Of a DNA stretch of 22,553 nt, positions 16,561 through 22,553 are shown piece by piece; positions within the stretch are counted from its first letter, which is position 1; each line of letters opens with the position of its first letter. Where the stretch lies: contig JBMFLH010000028.1 in the NCBI GenBank assembly GCA_049971295.1, forward strand, positions 1 to 22,553, written 5' to 3'. The notes under the pieces were generated by a model, which was not told the origin of the DNA, made no database searches, and was given only the letters and a program-made list of their open reading frames with translations. A program made the translations under genes and the position numbers. The DNA comes from Candidatus Ratteibacteria bacterium (GTDB taxonomy: Bacteria; Ratteibacteria; UBA8468; B48-G9; DTJG01).

Positions 16561-17589
16561 TTACTCCCCTTTCCTCACATTCAGTTTTGCCATTAGTTTT
16601 CTTCTGCCTTTCACATAATCAGGATTATTTTCTGTTCTCTGTCCACAGCCACTGTGCCACATTGAAGTTTGTGGATTGTCAAACCTGCATATCAACAGCG
16701 TTGACGGAATTTTTTCAATAATCTTTTTATAAAGTGTTCTTGCATCAATTGTCATTCCATAATCAAGCCCCAGTGTTTCAAGTACCCTCATGTCTCGCAG
16801 TTGACTGGGAAGCCCACATTTCCCGAAGGCATGCACGCAGAAGTTTTCTTCTGTCTTTGAAGGGCACGGACCGCACATCATCCAGTCAGCACCTTCAACA
16901 AGAGTGATTTTGACACCTGTTTCTTTCAATACCAGAGCAAGCAGTTCTGGAAGATTGTCATATACCTCGGTTGGTTTTGCTCCTGCTCCATACTGGCATA
17001 TGGAACACAAAAGGATGTGAGGTCTGACCCTGATTCCTTCATTTTTTGCCTGATACATGGCATCCAGAGATTTCTGTTTGCTTTTCATCAGGTCTTCTAA
17101 GGTTCTTGGCGGGATAATAATTTTGATATTTTTCTTTTTTGCCTTTTCAGCAAGAATGCTTTTTCCAAATTGACCGCAATGTTCAACAATCAATGATAAC
17201 TGCTGTTTTCTCGCTCTTTCATAATATTTTTTTATTGCAAAATCGCAATCAAAACAAATATCTTTTACTGTTGTAATTCTATGAAGTATGCGAATGAAAA
17301 GAATTCTTGCGGTAATGGTAATACCCGGAAACAGGTCAAGTTTCTGCAGTATCTCAAGATTTTTTCTTCTTGTTGAAAGGGTGTAATTTTCCTTGATATC
17401 CTGAAATGAAAATACATCACCCGCATGACACCTCAATGTTACTGGAATATCAGGTTTTTTTTCAATGACACTGAAAATTTCGTTAAGCAATGGCTCTTCG
17501 ATTTTTTCAGGATTTTTACCAAGATAACACAAAAGGCACAATGGCTGTTGCGGACTCAGTGTAATTCCACCATAAATTCCTTTTTTCAT
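16561..17589 (-). CDS. Cys-rich protein with two tandem DUF1284-like domains (putative metal/Fe-S binding)
   Basis: C-terminal half has RPHILLCSIC, GADWMMCGPCP, RDMRVLETLGL.YG; N-terminal half has PQQPLCLLC, NLEILQKLDL.PG, ICFDC. Confidence 0.65.
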   Translation of the reverse strand: MKKGIYGGITLSPQQPLCLLCYLGKNPEKIEEPLLNEIFSVIEKKPDIPVTLRCHAGDVFSFQDIKENYTLSTRRKNLEILQKLDLFPGITITARILFIRILHRITTVKDICFDCDFAIKKYYERARKQQLSLIVEHCGQFGKSILAEKAKKKNIKIIIPPRTLEDLMKSKQKSLDAMYQAKNEGIRVRPHILLCSICQYGAGAKPTEVYDNLPELLALVLKETGVKITLVEGADWMMCGPCPSKTEENFCVHAFGKCGLPSQLRDMRVLETLGLDYGMTIDARTLYKKIIEKIPSTLLICRFDNPQTSMWHSGCGQRTENNPDYVKGRRKLMAKLNVRKGE

Positions 17590-17640
17590 CGTGTGCCCTT
17601 TTACATAATTGATGTTATTTTTTCTTTCAGGTTTATTTTA

Positions 17641-18732
17641 CTATCTTTTTATCACCTCAAAAAGAATTAAAATGATGTCTATGATGAAAAGCACCACAAT
17701 TGCAATTTCAGAGACCACCATCCTGCTTGTTTGAGACCTTTCCCATTCTTTCGCATAAAGAGATTCTATTACCGCAAGTTTATCCCTCACTGCAAGTTTC
17801 CACCTATCAAGATAAAATCTGTTTGATGCTGCTGCGTATACTTTTGCAAGATACAGGTCTCCTATTAACTTTAGGTAATTTTCCAATCTATCAATCACTT
17901 CAGAAATATCAAGTTTCATCCTTGAAAGCCCGCCAAGAACAGATGAAATCCTGACAATTTTTAGTTTTCTCTGTCTCTGGGCAGCAAGGTCATCATATGC
18001 CTTTTCAATCGCCTGATCACACAAACTATCGTAAATTCTCAATTCAAGCAGTTGTATCACTGCAAATTCAATCACATCAAGAACATCAAAACTTTTTTTC
18101 GGGTCATAAATAAAGGCAGAATTCCAGTCAACCAGCACAAGGTCCTCCCCATAATAAGAAAGTGCATACTTCAATGCATCTTCCTTTTCTGAATTGCTCA
18201 GTTTTTCTTCTGCTCTCAAAATTCTGCTGATGCAGTCACCATAATGTTTTTTTAATGATTCAGAATCAACTTCTCTGTCAAATTTTTCAATCCAGAAAAT
18301 TGCATAATCCTCCCAGTCAGCATCTGGAAATTGAGATGGTCTGATTGAAACTTTTTTAATTGGCTCTAAGTTTGACTTCAGCCATGAAATAGCAATGTTT
18401 TTCAATTCCTGACTTTCCTGAATGAACCTGTTCAACCCTATCAATTGTTCAAGTTCGCATTCAACAGGACACGTCAAACGAATTGTTACAACTCCAAATC
18501 CATATACTTTCATTTCAACTGTGGCATTCAATCCCTGCGGCAATCTCTGGGTACCGAGTTTCAAAAGAAGCGGAGGCGTTCTATACTGAATGTATTCAGG
18601 AACAATACGAATACCTGAAAGAAACGCCTTTTCTGCCTGACGGCCAAGGTGCTTTTCAAGCTGTCCGATATCAATTTCGTCAGCAACATCAAAGCACCAG
18701 TAAAGCATCAATGAACCATTGATAATTTCCAT
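17641..18732 (-). CDS. RMD1/DUF155-family protein
   Basis: FDVADEID, VYGFGVV, SYYGEDLVLVDWNSAFIYD, IEFAVIQLLELRIYD, LKLIGDLYLAKVY, C-terminal EIAIVVLFIIDI TM segment. Confidence 0.7.
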   Translation of the reverse strand: MEIINGSLMLYWCFDVADEIDIGQLEKHLGRQAEKAFLSGIRIVPEYIQYRTPPLLLKLGTQRLPQGLNATVEMKVYGFGVVTIRLTCPVECELEQLIGLNRFIQESQELKNIAISWLKSNLEPIKKVSIRPSQFPDADWEDYAIFWIEKFDREVDSESLKKHYGDCISRILRAEEKLSNSEKEDALKYALSYYGEDLVLVDWNSAFIYDPKKSFDVLDVIEFAVIQLLELRIYDSLCDQAIEKAYDDLAAQRQRKLKIVRISSVLGGLSRMKLDISEVIDRLENYLKLIGDLYLAKVYAAASNRFYLDRWKLAVRDKLAVIESLYAKEWERSQTSRMVVSEIAIVVLFIIDIILILFEVIKR

Positions 18733-18733
18733 C

Positions 18734-21628
18734 TTAATGGGATTGAAGCCAATTAATCAGTTGTTCGTCTGTGCCCTCTTTTATCAATTTTTGCATTTCA
18801 GGGTCACCAACCTGGTCAAAAGTTTCAACGCCAAGTTTTTCTCTTACCATCATTGCAAGATTTGCAGTTTGAGATGCCTGTCTGATTTCCTCCCATATAA
18901 TCGTCGGTACAGGTCCATGCCTGCTCATCACATGTCCCATGGTTGAGGCATCGTTAATGTGCTCATAGGCAGTATCCCATTGGTCTCTCCATGGATAATT
19001 GAGAGCAAAAAATGCAACACCAACGCAATTGCCTGGTTGAGAAGGCGCAATCCTGATCCCTGGTTCTCTTGCTGTTTTATCCCATAGGCACGGCGTTGTG
19101 TACCACATCCATGGCTTGTTCAGGTATATCTCTTTTTTCTTCGGATTATCATAATATGGAGAAAATACATGCAAACTATATGGAACCCAGAAATCACAGT
19201 ATGGAGCAAGAATCTGAAATGTGGCAAGTGTTGCTGCCTCTCCAGGATTAAAGGAAATTCTTACATTCGGATCAACCCCTTTGATTGCCCTTGCAATATC
19301 AATAAACGGTTTCAGTTCAGTTTCTGTTTTTCCGCCAGGTTCATCAAGCACGCCAACAAAGTAATCTTGATAGTCAAGTCCAAGTTGCTTGATGTGGTCA
19401 ACAAACTCTTTTGCCTTGTTTGCTGACCATGCAGACAATCTTACCATTTTGATTCCATATTTTTCCATATCCTTCTTTGTAATATCTCCTGGCCAGACAT
19501 TCATTCCGTGTTCTACAAAATCCCACATATACTGCTCACCCTCGTGAGGCCTCGTCCACCCATCCACTAAAACTGGCTTTTTGGGATTGATTTTGAAATC
19601 AGATACACTCACATTGAGAACAATTTCATAACTTTCAACATTTTTTCCTGATATTGTGACTTTTCCTGAATAATTTCCAGACGGTAATCCCTTTGTATTC
19701 ACAGTAATCCAGAGTCCTGCGACATTCAATGGTGGAACTGTAATATCAGGCCTTCTTAACAAGAAAAATGGAGTCCAGTTCTGCCTACCCCTTCCATAGG
19801 GAATAAACGCCTGAACGCGCCATTGCACAGTATCAGGAAAACTTCGGCTGCCTGATTTCAATGGCTCTACCATTACAGTTAATTTTATAGGATTTTCTGT
19901 TAGGTTTCTGATGCCTACAGAGATAGAATGAAACATATCCTGTGTCATTACAAAGCCCTTAATTCTTGTATTTCCCTTTTGTGCTTCATAGGGCCAGGAA
20001 TCACCTGCTGATGTTTTATCTGCCCATACCTCCTGAGAAAGTCGCCTGAAAGGATTTTCCTGAAGCCATATAAGAAGTTTGTCATTTGGTTTTGCACCAA
20101 GTTGTTTTGCTTTCTCTTTGTACATTTCAAGAGTCCACGGTGGCTGCACAGTGCCTTCAGGAATAATCTGTGGATTATCAACAAGGAAAAGTTTATAAAT
20201 CCTTCTATATGTTCCACCTGACCCGGCGCCATCAAGAATGAAGTCAAATTTTACCTTTGATGGTTTTGAAACTTTGATTTCACCCATTTTCATCCAGATA
20301 CTGGGAATTTTGTCTTTGTGATGATAAGTAAACTGTTCTTCTCCGTCAACATATGCCTTGCAGAAATAAGGAGCCGTATACGAGAGATTTGTCCTGTCAG
20401 AAAGTATCCAGCAGTGGTATGTACCAGGGTCTTTGATGTCAACTTCTGTGGAAACAGTTCCCCTCGGACTTCCATAACCAGCCATCAATCTTCCAGGGCC
20501 TCCGTACCATCCTCCGTATTTTTCGTATTTACTTCCTTTTTCGTATCTGCCATCTTCCCTCAAACCCTCGATGCTACTTCCAACATCAATCCATAGATAA
20601 TGATATCCAAGCGGCCTTTTTAATATGTCGCTGGTTAAAATATCTATCTGCCTTTTTGCCCTTACTGGATTTGCAACCATGTTCCACTCTTCATTGAAAA
20701 CAACCTGTCTTTCTGGTTCTCTGTAATCAGGAAGATTGTCTTCACTATATTGTTTTTTGCTCAATTCCTCTATTACCTGATTCCAGAATTTTCTACTCAA
20801 ATCAAAAAGCTTCGGATTTTTTTCTGCATCTTCCCATGAAAGCGGTCTGACCTGCCACCACTTCCAGTTTTCATATTCCTGTTTGTCAAATGGCTCAATA
20901 ATTGTCCATTGAATTCCCTGTGGCTTTGAACTTTCTTTTATTCTTTTCAATTCGTCGGCAGATGGCGCATTTTTCCAGATTTCTTCAGTCAAATAAAAAC
21001 AGTCAACCCAGCGAGCAGCATAACCGCCTTTCCCGTGCCACCATCTTGTAACATGCCCGAGCTTCACAATTAACTGTCCTTCTGGAAGATCTACAAGCAT
21101 ATCCTTCCATTGCAATCCCTCTTTTTCAGGCATCTGGTCATAAAATTCGTCCATCTGGAAAATTGGACCTAAATGTTCCTGGTCCTTTTTATAAAACTTG
21201 ATGAACGTGACACCGCGATGATTCATCCAGCCATAATATGAAATCCAGAATCTGTAAAGACCTGATTTCGGAATATTTAAAGGAATAGATACAGTTGGCC
21301 CAGCATCAGTAGCGCCGCTTGTAATATAATTGCCATTCACTTTCCATCCACTCAGATTCTCATTTCCCATCAGTTCTGGTTCAACAAGAATGCGCACGAT
21401 ATTTGAAGGTGGCTTCAGATCAGAAGATGCCATAAGATTTTCTGGCTTCAGATTTAGTTTTTTAAGATACTGATGAAATTTATCAATCATTTCGAGATTG
21501 TTGCCCATATGCCACAATGTCATCCCAAGAGAATACCTTGCTCCAAGCGGCTCATCCACGACCTGACACCTAACATTGCAAAAAGAAAAAACAATCCCAG
21601 ATAAAATGACCAATAAAAACTTTTTCAT
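18734..21628 (-). CDS. Large exported protein with two CBM-like beta-sandwich repeats and a C-terminal GH123/DUF4091-like region
   Basis: Signal peptide MKKFLLVILSGIVFSF; repeat IPKSGLYRFW / IKDPGTYHCW; Ig-like LWITV..KGLPSGNYSGKV; GVLDEP motif; Trp/Tyr-rich; SD AGGGAG. Confidence 0.65.
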   Translation of the reverse strand: MKKFLLVILSGIVFSFCNVRCQVVDEPLGARYSLGMTLWHMGNNLEMIDKFHQYLKKLNLKPENLMASSDLKPPSNIVRILVEPELMGNENLSGWKVNGNYITSGATDAGPTVSIPLNIPKSGLYRFWISYYGWMNHRGVTFIKFYKKDQEHLGPIFQMDEFYDQMPEKEGLQWKDMLVDLPEGQLIVKLGHVTRWWHGKGGYAARWVDCFYLTEEIWKNAPSADELKRIKESSKPQGIQWTIIEPFDKQEYENWKWWQVRPLSWEDAEKNPKLFDLSRKFWNQVIEELSKKQYSEDNLPDYREPERQVVFNEEWNMVANPVRAKRQIDILTSDILKRPLGYHYLWIDVGSSIEGLREDGRYEKGSKYEKYGGWYGGPGRLMAGYGSPRGTVSTEVDIKDPGTYHCWILSDRTNLSYTAPYFCKAYVDGEEQFTYHHKDKIPSIWMKMGEIKVSKPSKVKFDFILDGAGSGGTYRRIYKLFLVDNPQIIPEGTVQPPWTLEMYKEKAKQLGAKPNDKLLIWLQENPFRRLSQEVWADKTSAGDSWPYEAQKGNTRIKGFVMTQDMFHSISVGIRNLTENPIKLTVMVEPLKSGSRSFPDTVQWRVQAFIPYGRGRQNWTPFFLLRRPDITVPPLNVAGLWITVNTKGLPSGNYSGKVTISGKNVESYEIVLNVSVSDFKINPKKPVLVDGWTRPHEGEQYMWDFVEHGMNVWPGDITKKDMEKYGIKMVRLSAWSANKAKEFVDHIKQLGLDYQDYFVGVLDEPGGKTETELKPFIDIARAIKGVDPNVRISFNPGEAATLATFQILAPYCDFWVPYSLHVFSPYYDNPKKKEIYLNKPWMWYTTPCLWDKTAREPGIRIAPSQPGNCVGVAFFALNYPWRDQWDTAYEHINDASTMGHVMSRHGPVPTIIWEEIRQASQTANLAMMVREKLGVETFDQVGDPEMQKLIKEGTDEQLINWLQSH

Positions 21629-21630
21629 TC

Positions 21631-21937
21631 TTACTCCCTGTTTCTGTAAATAAAAGTTCTTTTTCTTATCACTCTTGCTGGATTTCCAACAGCAACAGAA
21701 TATGGTGGAATCGTTCTTACAACAACAGAACCAGCACCAATCACACTGCCGTCTCCGATATCAGCGCAATAAAGAATCCAGACATTTTTTCCAATATAAC
21801 AGCAATTTTCGCCTGTAATATTCAATGCGTTTTTTTGCAGCATATTCACCCTCCATATTCAAAAACACACTTTTATAAAAGTTTTCCTGTTCTCCTTCTG
21901 GCATATTCAAAAACGAATCAATAAAAAATCTTTCTAT
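21631..21937 (-). pseudogene. Hexapeptide-repeat (LbH) O-acyltransferase pseudogene
   Basis: SD AAGGAG (21949-21944), then ATA 21937 in place of ATG. Reads ERFFIDSFLNMPEG...[12 protein letters not shown], frameshifts near 21799 into YIGKNVWI...[33 protein letters not shown]. Most of the beta-helix is missing. Confidence 0.7.
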
Positions 21938-22002
21938 ATTTTTCTCCTTTTGATATAAATTCTGATAAGATTATACCAGATTATCTTTTTAATCTGAACT
22001 CT

Positions 22003-22178
22003 TTCACTGCTCTTACTTATGGAAACCTCCACGAGCAGACTATCCTGCATTAATGAAAATTTATAAACTTGCTGCAAAGTACAATCAACCTGTTCTGATA
22101 CATCATGATATTTCCTCTGTCTGGAGAAAAGATTCAATTTATCTAAAAGAACTGGAAAATGCACTAAAGCAAAAATGA
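22003..22178 (+). pseudogene. Internal fragment of an amidohydrolase-family (Amidohydro_2-like) gene
   Basis: FTALTYG (22003-22023), frameshift, then PPRADYPALMKIYKLAAKYNQPVLIHHDISSVWRKDSIYLKELENALKQK*. The Y.LAA.Y..PVLIH pattern is typical of the family. Confidence 0.6.
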
Positions 22179-22226
22179 AACAACGTATTGATTCCATTGA
22201 TTTGCTTCGTGGAACTTTAATGATTC
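22175..22226 (+). pseudogene. N-terminal stub of a DUF1624 / heparan-alpha-glucosaminide N-acetyltransferase-like membrane acyltransferase
   Basis: MKQRIDSIDLLRGTLMI matches the R..SID.LRG..M N-terminal signature. It has an ATGA overlap with the preceding fragment and similarity ends at the stop codon of the convergent gene. Confidence 0.6.
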
Positions 22227-22553
22227 AACCTGCGTGTTTCCCTGCAACAAAACCAGTAGAAAAAGCCGCTTGCAGATTAAACCCGCCTGTTTTTCCATCA
22301 ATGTCAAGGATTTCGCCTGCGAAAAATAAGCCAGATACTATTTTTGATTCCATTGTTTTTGGATTTACTTCTTTCACACTCACTCCACCCCTGGTTACAA
22401 TTGCCTGGTCAAAACCTCTTAAAGAATCAAAATTGAAACAGAAATTTTTCAGAAGAGAAATCAGAATTTTTCTTTGTTCTGCTGTAATCTGGTTTCCTTT
22501 GATTTCGCCGGAAAGCGTTCCCATCAACAAAAATTCTTCAATAATGTTCTGCG
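22225..22553 (-). CDS. HI0933/BaiN-family NAD(P)/FAD-dependent oxidoreductase, 3' part (5' end outside window)
   Basis: AIVTRGGVSVKEVNPKTMESKIVSGLFFAGEILDIDGKTGGFNLQAAFSTG; the frame is open to the window edge. Confidence 0.93.
   Translation of the reverse strand, partial: QNIIEEFLLMGTLSGEIKGNQITAEQRKILISLLKNFCFNFDSLRGFDQAIVTRGGVSVKEVNPKTMESKIVSGLFFAGEILDIDGKTGGFNLQAAFSTGFVAGKHAG

Noticed and set aside
21854..21914. 13-bp direct repeat CATATTCAAAAAC flanking the palindrome ACTTTTATAAAAGT as an operator or target-site duplication
   Set aside because: It lies within the decayed acyltransferase frame, where both copies encode FLNM, and AT-rich palindromes arise easily by chance; a regulatory role is not excluded but is unsupported.
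21934..22197. 87-aa minus-strand ORF
   Set aside because: Antisense shadow of the plus-strand amidohydrolase and DUF1624 remnants, with no motif of its own.

Overview
AT-rich bacterial chromosomal window read with standard code 11; lineage cannot be assigned from sequence alone. From left to right it holds: (1) a minus-strand tRNA-Ser(TGA) followed by a structured 127-bp tRNA-linked repeat unit; (2) a tightly coupled plus-strand operon mscS-truA-murB-ddl-ftsQ-ftsA-ftsZ-sugar epimerase, i.e. the distal half of a dcw cluster with atypical neighbours; (3) a divergent OsmC-family / Hyi-family pair; (4) an eroding accessory patch with a VanX/DdpX-like pseudogene, an intact Asp-box sialidase-like gene, a decayed palindromic repeat and a beta-propeller pseudogene; (5) cstA; (6) a long minus-strand run of a decayed acetyltransferase, a 964-aa exported glycan-active-like protein, an RMD1-family gene, a tandem DUF1284-like gene, a small exported protein, purF and guaA; (7) plus-strand gene scraps and the 3' end of an HI0933/BaiN flavoprotein gene. 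I found no integrase, transposase, CRISPR array or defence system. The most unusual signals are the tRNA-linked repeat with alternating anti-T-arm inverted repeats, a reciprocal Asp/Glu swap of the Ddl Mg ligands, a divergent FtsZ with a duplicated C-terminal peptide, an apparently leaderless dcw transcript, and five pseudogene remnants that the ORF track misses or truncates. Family calls rest on motif recognition, not database searches.
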